A stretch of 64,000 nucleotides of DNA from Longimicrobiales bacterium (GTDB taxonomy: Bacteria > Gemmatimonadota > Gemmatimonadetes > Longimicrobiales > Gaopeijiaceae). The notes beneath the pieces were generated by a model that was given only the letters and a program-made list of their open reading frames with translations, was not told the origin of the DNA and did not search any database. Below are positions 50,074 through 59,392 of this stretch, piece by piece (the stretch's first letter is position 1; each line of letters opens with the position of its first letter). The stretch spans positions 608,001 through 672,000 of the forward strand of contig CBDDCX010000008.1 in assembly GCA_965226375.1 (NCBI GenBank), in the 5' to 3' direction. The translations under genes and the position numbers were made by a program.

Positions 50074-51189
50074 TCACCCCCGCTGTAGCTCAGCGCGGCG
50101 CCGTAGGTAGAAGGCGTACGAGAACGGCAGGATGCCGTGTGGGTCTTCCAGACCGAGCTCTCGGGCCGCACGATACGCCCAGTTCGGGTCGGCGATGAAC
50201 TCGCGGGCGATCGCGATAAAGTCGGCCTGGCGGTTCTGTAGGACCTCTTCGGCCTGCCTCGGCTCGGTCAACATGCCGACGGCAACGGTCGCGATGTCGG
50301 CGTCCCGTCGCACGGTTTCCGCGAGTGGAACCTGGAATCCGGGCGGCGGCAGCTTATTCGTCATGGATACCGAGCCGAGGAGGCCCCCGGACGAGCAGTC
50401 GATCACATCCACGCCCGTCCCTTTCAGAGCACGCGCGAGCGCCACCGTATCCTCCACGGTGATCCCACCGTCCACGCCGTCTATGACCGAGGCGCGATAG
50501 AACAACGGTCGCTCTTCCGGCCACACCGACCGGATGGCTTCGGCCACCATGACGGGAAACCGTATGCGGCGCTCGCGGTCCCCCCCGAACTCGTCCGCCC
50601 GTTGGTTCGACAGCGGGGAAAAAAAGCTGTGCAGCAGGTACCCGTGGGCTCCGTGGATCTCCACGAAGTCGAATCCGGCTTCAAGGGCGCGCAGCGCCGC
50701 CGCACGAAAGGCCTCCACGATGTCCGCAATCTCTTCCGTTTCGAGAGGCCGCGGGGGCGGCCACCCTTCGCGAGCGGGGAGCGCGCTGGCGCCCACGGTC
50801 TCCCACGCCGGGTCACCCTCGGCCGGAAGTGGACCCCCTCCATCCCACGGCCGCGCCGTGCTCGCCTTCCGGCCCGCGTGATTCAGCTGGATGCCCGAGG
50901 CCACACCGTGTGCTCGGTACGTGTCCGCGATCCGCCGAAAATCCGGAATCTGATCGTCCTCCCAGATCCCGGTGCACCCGGGCGAAATGCGGCCGTCGCG
51001 GGTCACCCCGGTGGCCTCGACCACGGCCGCCCCCACCCCGCCCAACGCGAACCGGGAGTGGTGAGCGAAGTGCCAGTCCTGGGGCCGGCCCTCGACGGCA
51101 TGGTACTGGCACATCGGCGAGACCATGATGCGGTTGCGGAACGTCAGGCCTCGGATGGAGAGAGGCGAGAAGAGCATCGGTTGCGTCAT
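50074..51189 (-). CDS. NADH:flavin oxidoreductase (old yellow enzyme, YqjM-like)
   Basis: NRIMVSPMCQY, HAGRKAS and EIHGAHGYLLHSFFSPLSN motifs. Confidence 0.92.
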   Translation of the reverse strand: MTQPMLFSPLSIRGLTFRNRIMVSPMCQYHAVEGRPQDWHFAHHSRFALGGVGAAVVEATGVTRDGRISPGCTGIWEDDQIPDFRRIADTYRAHGVASGIQLNHAGRKASTARPWDGGGPLPAEGDPAWETVGASALPAREGWPPPRPLETEEIADIVEAFRAAALRALEAGFDFVEIHGAHGYLLHSFFSPLSNQRADEFGGDRERRIRFPVMVAEAIRSVWPEERPLFYRASVIDGVDGGITVEDTVALARALKGTGVDVIDCSSGGLLGSVSMTNKLPPPGFQVPLAETVRRDADIATVAVGMLTEPRQAEEVLQNRQADFIAIAREFIADPNWAYRAARELGLEDPHGILPFSYAFYLRRRAELQRG

Positions 51190-51196
51190 GCCGCGC

Positions 51197-52183
51197 TCAG
51201 CCCTGGCCCGCCCCCACCGCGGCGAAGTCGGACGCCGCATCGAGGTCCGACGCCGCATCGAGCTCTTCCATCAGCGCATCCAGTTCGTCCATGAACTTCA
51301 CCAGCCGCTCCCGTCGCTCCAGCCCCTCCTCGCCGAGTTGTTCGAACGTCGTCAACGGGGGCCGGACGTCGCCGACCGGGCACCCCGCAGCCGCCGCGAG
51401 CGCCTTGGAGTAACACTGATGTCCGTAGGTCGGATGCCCTTCGGCGATGACGTGGTCCATGGCGTTGATGAGCCGCTGAACGCGCTTGGCATCCTCGATC
51501 CGTCCCTCTACGAGGAAGTCCCAGATGCGATGCGAGGCGCGGGGGATGTAGTTCCCATACGGATTGACGTAACCCACCGCTCCGAGCAGGAAGGACTCGA
51601 CGATCCGCTCGCCGGCGAAGACGGACATCCGGCCCTCGGTCTCCTCGACGATGTCGTGGACCCGGGCGATGTCCATGCTGGCTTCCTTGATGTACTGAAC
51701 GTTCGGGAAGGCTCGGACGAGGCGACCGACGAGCTTCGCCGACATGTCGACGTTCGACGTCACCGGGTTGTTGTAGAGCATGATCGGCAGCGACGTCGCT
51801 TCGCAGATGGCCTGGTAGTAGCCGAAGATCTCGTCTTCGGTGGGGGTGTAGTAGTAGGGCGGGATGATCATCAGGCCATCGGCACCCAACTCCTCCGCCT
51901 CCCTACTGTACCGGGCCGCGCGGGGCGTGTAGGCGTTCATGCTTCCCACGAGCACCGGTATGCGGCCGGCCACATGGCTCACCGTGGCCTCGATAAAGCT
52001 GGAGCGCTCCTCGTCCGAGACCGTGAGGAACTCGCCTGTGGTGCCGAGAATGATGATGCCGGGCACATCAACGTCGAGCTGCCAATCGAGGAAGCGCGCC
52101 CATGCCGACAGATCGATCGCGGAGCGGTCTTCCGTGAAGGGGGTGACGGTGACCGTGTAGCTGCCTCGGAATTGCTTGCTCAT
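51197..52183 (-). CDS. DapA/DHDPS-family lyase
   Basis: VTPF, GTTGEF, PPYY, LYNNP, IKEAS (Schiff-base Lys) and VRPPL motifs. Confidence 0.9.
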   Translation of the reverse strand: MSKQFRGSYTVTVTPFTEDRSAIDLSAWARFLDWQLDVDVPGIIILGTTGEFLTVSDEERSSFIEATVSHVAGRIPVLVGSMNAYTPRAARYSREAEELGADGLMIIPPYYYTPTEDEIFGYYQAICEATSLPIMLYNNPVTSNVDMSAKLVGRLVRAFPNVQYIKEASMDIARVHDIVEETEGRMSVFAGERIVESFLLGAVGYVNPYGNYIPRASHRIWDFLVEGRIEDAKRVQRLINAMDHVIAEGHPTYGHQCYSKALAAAAGCPVGDVRPPLTTFEQLGEEGLERRERLVKFMDELDALMEELDAASDLDAASDFAAVGAGQG

Positions 52184-52302
52184 GATGGCTACTCCTGATG
52201 GAATCCAGCCGTCGTTTCGCCCCCTCCACCGTGTCGCTGGCGTCGCGAATCGTGCTGGTGTATTGATTCGTCCCATGGTAGCCATCGCATCCGTCCGACA
52301 CC

Positions 52303-53454
52303 ATGCGTGAGACCCACCGTACGGACGTTCTGATCGTTGGTGGGGGCCTCGCGGGATGCGCAACCGCCTACTACCTGGCCAGCGAGGGGGTCGGGGTTTC
52401 CCTGATCGAGCGTTGGGACCTCAACACGCTGCAGTCGGGGTGCAACTCCGGGAGCCTGCACGCTCAGATTCCACACGAGCCGTTCATTCAATATGGAGAT
52501 GAGTGGACGGAAGCCTACGCGCGGACGATCCCTCTCTTGCGCGAGTCCATCTCTCTCTGGTCCGGCCTCGGCGAGGAGCTCGGCTCGGACCTCGAGGTAG
52601 CGATTCGTGGTGGGCTGCTGGTCGCCGAAAACGAGACGCAGCTGCGAGACATCGAGCGCAAGGCATCCATCGAGCGCGCACACGGCCTGTCGGTCGAGTT
52701 GCTGTCCCGCAGCGCACTCTTGGAGTTGGCACCCTATCTGAATGAGAGCCTGTACGGTGGTGCCTACTGCCCCACTGAGGGCAAGGCCAACCCACTCCTT
52801 GCGACGCCCGCCTTCGCGCGCGCCGCCGAGGCCTGTGGTGTGGACATCAGGTGTCGGACGGAGCTCCGCAGTCTCGAACTTACGCGCAGCGGGTTCAGGG
52901 CCGAGACGAGCGGGGGCGTGTTCGAGGCCCAGCGCGTAGTGAATTGTGCGGGGACCTATGCGCCGCAGGTCGCCCGGATGGTTGGGCTCTCGATCCCGAT
53001 CGATGGGCACCCCATTCAGGTCAGCATCACGGAACCGGTGGCGCCGTTGGTGCCGCACCTCGTGTACTCCGCCAGCGAGAAGCTGTCGCTGAAGCAGGCC
53101 GCGAGCGGCGGTGTGATGATCGGAGGGGGGTGGCCGGCCAGGTACGACCCGATCACTGGTCGGCTTGCGGTGGATCCCGCCTCGCTTAGAGCCAACCTGC
53201 AAGTGGCACAGGCGGTGGTGCCCGCGGTTTCCACCCTTCAGTTGCTTCGCACGTGGCCGGCAGTGGTGAGCGGTTCCAAGGACTGGAAGCCAGTGCTCGG
53301 GGAGGTACCGGGCGTTCCGGGGTTCTTCATGAATGCTATTCCATGGCTTGGTTTCACGGCCGGCCCGATCGCTGCGCGGGCGGTGGCCCGGCTGCTCATG
53401 GGTCGGGACCCCGCGGTTGATGTGACGGCCTTCTCACCCGGTCGCTACCGCTAG
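52303..53454 (+). CDS. FAD-dependent D-amino acid/imino acid dehydrogenase subunit (DadA/HcnC/OoxB-like)
   Basis: IVGGGLAG, SGCNSGSLH, VNCAG and GFTAGP motifs. Confidence 0.88.
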   Translation: MRETHRTDVLIVGGGLAGCATAYYLASEGVGVSLIERWDLNTLQSGCNSGSLHAQIPHEPFIQYGDEWTEAYARTIPLLRESISLWSGLGEELGSDLEVAIRGGLLVAENETQLRDIERKASIERAHGLSVELLSRSALLELAPYLNESLYGGAYCPTEGKANPLLATPAFARAAEACGVDIRCRTELRSLELTRSGFRAETSGGVFEAQRVVNCAGTYAPQVARMVGLSIPIDGHPIQVSITEPVAPLVPHLVYSASEKLSLKQAASGGVMIGGGWPARYDPITGRLAVDPASLRANLQVAQAVVPAVSTLQLLRTWPAVVSGSKDWKPVLGEVPGVPGFFMNAIPWLGFTAGPIAARAVARLLMGRDPAVDVTAFSPGRYR

Positions 53455-53461
53455 GCGGCTC

Positions 53462-55225
53462 CTATCCCCCTTCGTTTCCCCTTCGGGCCATGTCTGATTC
53501 GGTGAAGCGCCCCGGTGCCACTGCGCCGATGGGAACCGGTTTGAAGGGCGCCCGTGGGGCGAAGAAGTCCAGCTCGTCTCTTGCCCGGGCACTGTGGACG
53601 GGGAGCATCCCGGCCATGATCCCGGCGCAATAGCGGCCCTGACAGCGCCCCATGCCGGCGCGGGTCACCCGCTTGAGTGCTCCGAGCGACTCGACCCCGT
53701 CGTCCATCGCCTCGTGTATCTCTGCACGAGTCACTTCCTCGCAGCGGCAGATGTGCGTCTCGTCGGTCGCCAACTGATCGACCAGGAGTGGTGCATCGTA
53801 CAAGGCCCAGAGCGCGCGCTGGAATCGCTCCTGACGGCGCAACATTTTTTGAGCCCGCCTGGCCTCGAGCCGGAGCCCTGTCGGGTCCCCTGCACCCAGA
53901 CTTCGGGCCGCGTCGACCCCCGCGAGTACGCCCTGCGCTACCGCCACGCGACCACCGCCAATGCCTCCGCCGTCTCCTACGACCGCAACGCCGTCTACGG
54001 TCGTGCGGCCGTGCGGGTCCCGGACCGCTACAAGGTGCCCGCGACGCTCATCGAACCGATGACGACACCCGAGTGCCCGGGAAATGTCGTTGGACGGGAG
54101 GAACCCGAATCCAGTGCAGACCGCATCGACATCGAGGATGCGCTCCGTTCCCGGTATCGGTCGTCCGCCACCGTCGATGCCCGCCACCGTGGCTTGGGCT
54201 ACGCCCTCGTTCCCGGACGCAGCGATCACCGAGTGACCGTACAGCAGAGGAACGCCTGCCCGCCGCAGCGTATGCAGGTAGCCCACGCCATCCCTGAGTA
54301 GATCCGGGGCGTTCCACAGCATGGCTGCCAGATGCCAGGCCGAACGGACGCCTGGTGCCGGGGCGAGCTCCGCGAGAGCGACGACCGTGACTCCGGCTCG
54401 TGTCAGCTCCGCGGCAAGCTGAACGTTGAGGGGGCCGTTGCCGGAGATCACCACTCTCTCTCCCGGCGCGACTTGATACGCCCGCAGGAGTGCCTGCGCC
54501 GCCCCCGTGGTCATGAACCCGGGAAGTGTCCAGCCCGGCATCGGAACGGCCCGGTCGTAGGCGCCGGTCGCAACGATCAGTCGCTTCGGCCGAAGCACGT
54601 AGCTTGCTGCGTTCCCCAAAGCCATCACCTCAGTGGGTCCGTGCGCCGCCCAAACCGTGACGCCCGGTAGCACGCGCGCACCCGACTGCTGCACCCGACG
54701 AATCATCGCCCCTCCCCGCCGGAACTGGCGGTCGCCGAGCGCGTCGTTCACGGTGGACGCGTCCGCCGGTTGCTTGTAGTACTGGCCCCCGAGCTTTGCG
54801 CGTTCATCGACCAACACTACGTCGAGGCCGGCTTCGGCTGCGATGGATGCCGCCGCCAACCCTGCGGGACCACCACCGATCACCAGGACATCCATGCTTT
54901 CGTCGTGTTCAACGACCCCCTGGAATGGCACCCCCTGCTTCGCGAACGGCTGCTGGCATGCGACCGCGACCCCGCGACGGGCGGGGGTCACGCACGCGCG
55001 CTGATTCGGCACACCATCCACCGTGACCAGGCAATCCTGACACACTCCGATACCGCAGAACAGGCCGCGCGGTGCCCCGGAGGGCGTTCTCCGGCACACG
55101 CGTTCACCGGCGGCGAGTAGCGCCGCTCCGAGGGACTCACCACGCACCGCCTGGACCCGATGTTCCCCGAAGTCGAACGCCTCCCCTTCTTGGTGTGCCG
55201 CTATGCCCCGGGTGGTCACGCGCAT
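53462..55225 (-). CDS. Fused 2Fe-2S / FAD-NAD(P) oxidoreductase / BFD-like Fe-S protein (HcnA+HcnB or OoxA-like)
   Basis: FCGIGVCQDC...RAC, GGGPAG, ATGAYDR..PGWTLPG and CRCEEV...GMGRCQGRYC motifs. Confidence 0.88.
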   Translation of the reverse strand: MRVTTRGIAAHQEGEAFDFGEHRVQAVRGESLGAALLAAGERVCRRTPSGAPRGLFCGIGVCQDCLVTVDGVPNQRACVTPARRGVAVACQQPFAKQGVPFQGVVEHDESMDVLVIGGGPAGLAAASIAAEAGLDVVLVDERAKLGGQYYKQPADASTVNDALGDRQFRRGGAMIRRVQQSGARVLPGVTVWAAHGPTEVMALGNAASYVLRPKRLIVATGAYDRAVPMPGWTLPGFMTTGAAQALLRAYQVAPGERVVISGNGPLNVQLAAELTRAGVTVVALAELAPAPGVRSAWHLAAMLWNAPDLLRDGVGYLHTLRRAGVPLLYGHSVIAASGNEGVAQATVAGIDGGGRPIPGTERILDVDAVCTGFGFLPSNDISRALGCRHRFDERRGHLVAVRDPHGRTTVDGVAVVGDGGGIGGGRVAVAQGVLAGVDAARSLGAGDPTGLRLEARRAQKMLRRQERFQRALWALYDAPLLVDQLATDETHICRCEEVTRAEIHEAMDDGVESLGALKRVTRAGMGRCQGRYCAGIMAGMLPVHSARARDELDFFAPRAPFKPVPIGAVAPGRFTESDMARRGNEGG

Positions 55226-55229
55226 ACGA

Positions 55230-56399
55230 TCAGGCCTCCACCCGGAACATTGTCTCCTCGTCGATTCCCGTTACGACCCTCATGAATCCCTCGAGCTCCC
55301 GGTCCAGCTCCGGCTCGCCGGTGTCGACCAGCAGGACGCCACGAGTCAACGACAGGAGCTTTGCGGCCGTAGCGACCACGACGATGCTGTCGCGTCCGAT
55401 ACGCCGGATGACTTGTGGTCCAATCTGCTGATTTCCACGTCCGAAGATGTAACCCTGACCGCCGATGACACTCACGATGATCCGCGCGCGGTCCGCGTTG
55501 TCGAGTAGCGCGAGGAGCTGCTCTTCGTTCAGGTCCTTTCCGGCGAACCGTCCGTCGAGGATCGCATCGACGCCCAGGAGCGTGCAGTCGAGGTTTAGGT
55601 GCCGAGTGATGGCGCGGGTCGTCGTGCCGGGCCCGACGATGTACAGGCAATCGGGCTCCATCGCGCGCGCCACGCTCCGGGCCGCTGCGGCGAGCGCCTC
55701 GACGTCCCCGGTCGACCCGCTCTTGGGGCCCGCGACCATCTGTGGAGCACTCGGGACGGTCATGTAGCCGTAGAGTGACGCCGAGAGATGCCCCAGCCGC
55801 ATCGCCTCTTCGTCCACGTCCACCACTTCGGCTTCTCGCAGGGTGGCTGAGGGCCCGGCGGCCACGAACTGCGCCGCGAGATTTCCAGCGTTCTCGGGCG
55901 TGGTGGCAAAGACTCCAGAGTAGATCTTGACGCCCGCAGGGATGCCGAGGGCGGGCAGCTCAGGGCCGATCACCTCGGCGACGTCTCGCGCGGTCCCGTC
56001 CCCACCTGCGAACAGAAGGAGATCCACTCTTCGCCGCAGCATCTCACGCGCGGCTTCTTTCGTATGCTCCGGACCGGTCGGTCCGTCACCCGCCGAGATG
56101 ACCTCGCATCCCGATAGACCAGCGGACTCTGTGGCCGCAGCCCCCATTTCGCCGGGGCACGTGAGAATCTCGCAACCGTTCGCCACCGGGGACAGGCGCC
56201 GCAAGGCACGGGCGGCTTTGGAGCTGGCCTGCGGCACGGCACCCAGCGCTCTTGCGGTGTGCACGATTGGCCCATCCGTCCCCTTGAGGCCTACCCTTCC
56301 ACCCATTCCCGCGATGGGGTTCACGATGAGGCCGACCCTCCGACGACGCCGGGAGGGCGACTCGCCTCCCGATCGCGACGACATCGAGGTCCGAGACAC
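55230..56399 (-). CDS. ATP-NAD kinase-like protein (COG3199-type, function unproven)
   Basis: NPIAGMGGRVGLKGTDG, GGDGTARD, GIPAGVK, GRGNQQ and VDTG motifs. Confidence 0.85.
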   Translation of the reverse strand: MSRTSMSSRSGGESPSRRRRRVGLIVNPIAGMGGRVGLKGTDGPIVHTARALGAVPQASSKAARALRRLSPVANGCEILTCPGEMGAAATESAGLSGCEVISAGDGPTGPEHTKEAAREMLRRRVDLLLFAGGDGTARDVAEVIGPELPALGIPAGVKIYSGVFATTPENAGNLAAQFVAAGPSATLREAEVVDVDEEAMRLGHLSASLYGYMTVPSAPQMVAGPKSGSTGDVEALAAAARSVARAMEPDCLYIVGPGTTTRAITRHLNLDCTLLGVDAILDGRFAGKDLNEEQLLALLDNADRARIIVSVIGGQGYIFGRGNQQIGPQVIRRIGRDSIVVVATAAKLLSLTRGVLLVDTGEPELDRELEGFMRVVTGIDEETMFRVEA

Positions 56400-56412
56400 G
56401 GGAAACGCTACC

Positions 56413-57969
56413 TCACCCCTTCGCGTTTCGCTTCTTCAGGTGTGCGCGCCACGTCATCGCTCGGCGTGACGGATCCTGTAGGGCCTCGAAGTCGACGCGG
56501 TGCACGGCCTGCCTATGGGGCGATGTCTTGACGACCTCGGGATTCGAATAAGCCTCGGACGCGACGTGCTCGAGTACCGCCGCCCAGTACTCGATATCCT
56601 CCACCGGGGGCGTCTCCCCGGTCTCCGGCGTAAACGGCTCTGGCACGATCTCGGGTGGGTGAGCCATCCAGTACGCGTCCAAGCCGAAATCGGTCATGCG
56701 GTGCTGGATGTCGACCGTGTCGACGCCGGTCTCTTGCGTCAGCTCGTCCCAACCGTATCGCGTCATCTCGAGTCGCCGTTTGGTCATGTTCGGAAAACCC
56801 TTGGAGACGCCCTTGATGGCCATGAGCAGCTTCTCGAGGTAGTTGTTTCCGAGCACGGACAGCTCACGCGCCTCGCGGATCCCGTCCGCTCCCATCGCCA
56901 GCACCCACGCATACGCCTTGAGCACGACCTGTGCGTTGCCCCAGAACTCGCGGATCTTGCCGATGGAATGGGGCCGGTCGTGGTCGAGGCGGTAGGTGCT
57001 CCCATCGTATGTGACGATGGGAACCGGGAGGTACTCTGCCAACTCGCTAGTACATCCGTAGGCCCCACCAGCCGGTCCCATGCCTCCCTTCGACGCCCCG
57101 AAGGTCTTGTGCAGCATGTACATGCAGGCGTCGAACCCGATGTCTCGCGCCCGCGTCAATCCCATCACGCCGTTGAAGTTGGCGTGATCGTAGAAGCAGA
57201 GTCCGCCCGCATCGTGCACGATCTTCACCCACTCGTCGATGTGCGGGTTGTAGATGCCCAGATCGTCGGGGTTGACCGTCATCAGCCCAGCCGTGCGCTC
57301 CGAGACGGCGGCCTTCAGCGCGTCGACGGACGGGTACCCGTTCTCCTCGGGCATGAGGTTGATCACCTTGAACCCCGCCGTCGCCGCAACTGCCGGGTTG
57401 CAGCAGTGGGTGAAGAGCGTCGTGATCACCTCGTTCCGCTGCTCGAGCTCGCCACGCGCGGCGTGATACGCGCGCATCACGCACGCGTGTGTGTAGGCAG
57501 CGTGCGAGCCGCCGCCCGGCTGGAAGACGAACTGATCCATACCCGAAAAGGCACGACACATGTGGTCGAACCGATGGATGATCTCCAGTATGCCCTGCAG
57601 TGTCTCCTCATCCTGGTAGGGATGCAGCTCCGCCATCTGCGGGGCCATGGCCGCCTGTTCCGCCACGCGCGGATTGTACTTCATGGTGCAGGTGCCGAAG
57701 AGGTTGATCCCCATCATGCTCAGCGTCTGCTGAGAGAGGTGCAGGTAGTGCCTTAGCACCTCGGGTTGAGACAGCTCCGGCAACCTCGGGGGTTCCTTGC
57801 GACGCATCGCGACAGGAACGAGGTCGGCGGCGTCTCCGACCGCTTCGCGGACACCGTCTTCCGCTTCCGGAATCGCCAGCCCGCGCCGTCCCGGGTGCCC
57901 CATCTCCATGACGACCGGCTCACTCCAGACGGCCGCGTGGTAGTCCCTCAGTTTCACACGTTCGGTCAT
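56413..57969 (-). CDS. gcvPB: Divergent glycine decarboxylase subunit 2-like PLP enzyme
   Basis: LPELSQ.EVLRHY..LSQ, GTCTMKYNP, HPYQ and LHKTF (PLP Lys) motifs. Confidence 0.8.
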   Translation of the reverse strand: MTERVKLRDYHAAVWSEPVVMEMGHPGRRGLAIPEAEDGVREAVGDAADLVPVAMRRKEPPRLPELSQPEVLRHYLHLSQQTLSMMGINLFGTCTMKYNPRVAEQAAMAPQMAELHPYQDEETLQGILEIIHRFDHMCRAFSGMDQFVFQPGGGSHAAYTHACVMRAYHAARGELEQRNEVITTLFTHCCNPAVAATAGFKVINLMPEENGYPSVDALKAAVSERTAGLMTVNPDDLGIYNPHIDEWVKIVHDAGGLCFYDHANFNGVMGLTRARDIGFDACMYMLHKTFGASKGGMGPAGGAYGCTSELAEYLPVPIVTYDGSTYRLDHDRPHSIGKIREFWGNAQVVLKAYAWVLAMGADGIREARELSVLGNNYLEKLLMAIKGVSKGFPNMTKRRLEMTRYGWDELTQETGVDTVDIQHRMTDFGLDAYWMAHPPEIVPEPFTPETGETPPVEDIEYWAAVLEHVASEAYSNPEVVKTSPHRQAVHRVDFEALQDPSRRAMTWRAHLKKRNAKG

Positions 57970-59375
57970 TGCGCCAGCACCTCCTCGAGTTCGCCGGCCA
58001 GCCGGTCGACGTCCCCCTGTGTGTGAACCTCGGTGACACAATACAACGCGCTCTGGCCCAGCTCGGGGAACTCACCGCTGAGATCCTTGCCACCGTAGAT
58101 CCCCCGCTCCCGAAGGGCGCGATTGATGTCGCGGACCGTCTTGCCGGTGCCGTCGAAGTTCGCGATGAACTCCTTGAAGCCATCAGGCGCGAATGAGACG
58201 TCGACTCCGGGAATGTCGCCGAGCCTCTTTCGGGCGTATTGCGATCGCTGGAGAATGACCTCGCCGATCTCGCGGAATCCGTTGGGACCGAGCAACGACA
58301 TGTACACCGCATTGACGATGGTCCAGAGGTACACCGTGTTGCCCGTCCAGTCCTTCCCCTCGTCCCGGAGCCCGTACGAGGTCTGATGCTCGCAGGTCAG
58401 GAAGAAGGCACGCTCGTCCCCGCCGGCGGTGGTCGGCGCGATGCTGACCAGCAGGGTCGGGTACTCCCCCACGTAGCGATCCTCGTCGCGCGTCGCGATG
58501 AACCCGCCCGCGCCTCCGCCGCAGTTCATGTGGATGCCGAGCGTCTGCGTGGTGCCGACGACGATGTCGGCGCCGTAGTCCGCGGGAGCGGCCAGCACGC
58601 CGAGTGATAACGGGTCGACGCCGACCACACACTCCGCTCCGTTGTCGTGAGCCATGCGCGCGATCTCTTCTCCTTGTGACTCGATGAACCCCAGGTAGCT
58701 CGGGTTCTCGAAATACACGGCTGCGGTCGTGTTCGAGATCGCCCCTCGCAAGTCGTCCAGGTCGAGTAGACCGCTGCCCGCATCGAACCCGACCTTGCGA
58801 ACCGCGATGTGCCCACCCACGTCCGTGGGACCACAGAAGGATCTGAGCACCGCGAGCCGCTCGGGGCTGATGGTGCGCGGCACCAGCACCTCGTTCCGCC
58901 CGGTCATGCGGGCGGCCATGCGAATGGCGTTGCCGAGGGCACAGCCCCAGCTGTAGGTCGGGAGCCCGACCACGTCCATGTTCACGAGCTCGCCCATCTG
59001 GCTGCAGAACTCGAAGTACGCCTGGAACCGCCCGTGGTCGGAGGAGGCGGAGCCGAAATTGGCGGTCAGGAACTCACTGCGCTGTGCGATCTCATCGCAC
59101 ACGGCCGGCACGTAGTGCTGCCAACAACCTGCGCCCAGGAAATTGAGCACATCTTCGCACGACCGGTTCCGGGATAGCATCTCCCTGAGGTGCCGGTCGA
59201 GCGCACTCTCCTCGACGATAGGGGAGGGCAGTTGGAGCGGCGCCTGGAGCCGAAGCCGTTCCGGTATCTGCTCGAAGAGCTCATCGATCTCGTCGATGCC
59301 GATGGCCCGCATCATCGCGGCCTTGGTCTCGGGCACCGCGTTCGGCATGTAGGGGTGGACCTTGGGATCTGCCAT
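57966..59375 (-). CDS. gcvPA: Divergent glycine decarboxylase subunit 1-like protein
   Basis: HPYMP, FLGAG..HYVP, RSEFLT, GADIVVG and VTE motifs. Coupled to subunit 2. Confidence 0.8.
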   Translation of the reverse strand: MADPKVHPYMPNAVPETKAAMMRAIGIDEIDELFEQIPERLRLQAPLQLPSPIVEESALDRHLREMLSRNRSCEDVLNFLGAGCWQHYVPAVCDEIAQRSEFLTANFGSASSDHGRFQAYFEFCSQMGELVNMDVVGLPTYSWGCALGNAIRMAARMTGRNEVLVPRTISPERLAVLRSFCGPTDVGGHIAVRKVGFDAGSGLLDLDDLRGAISNTTAAVYFENPSYLGFIESQGEEIARMAHDNGAECVVGVDPLSLGVLAAPADYGADIVVGTTQTLGIHMNCGGGAGGFIATRDEDRYVGEYPTLLVSIAPTTAGGDERAFFLTCEHQTSYGLRDEGKDWTGNTVYLWTIVNAVYMSLLGPNGFREIGEVILQRSQYARKRLGDIPGVDVSFAPDGFKEFIANFDGTGKTVRDINRALRERGIYGGKDLSGEFPELGQSALYCVTEVHTQGDVDRLAGELEEVLAQ

Positions 59376-59392
59376 AGCTTTTCACCGAGCGG

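Noticed and set aside
52303..55225. Hydrogen cyanide synthase hcnABC
   Set aside because: The family is shared with opine and hydroxyproline dehydrogenases. Gene arrangement and catabolic neighbours do not support a specific HCN call.
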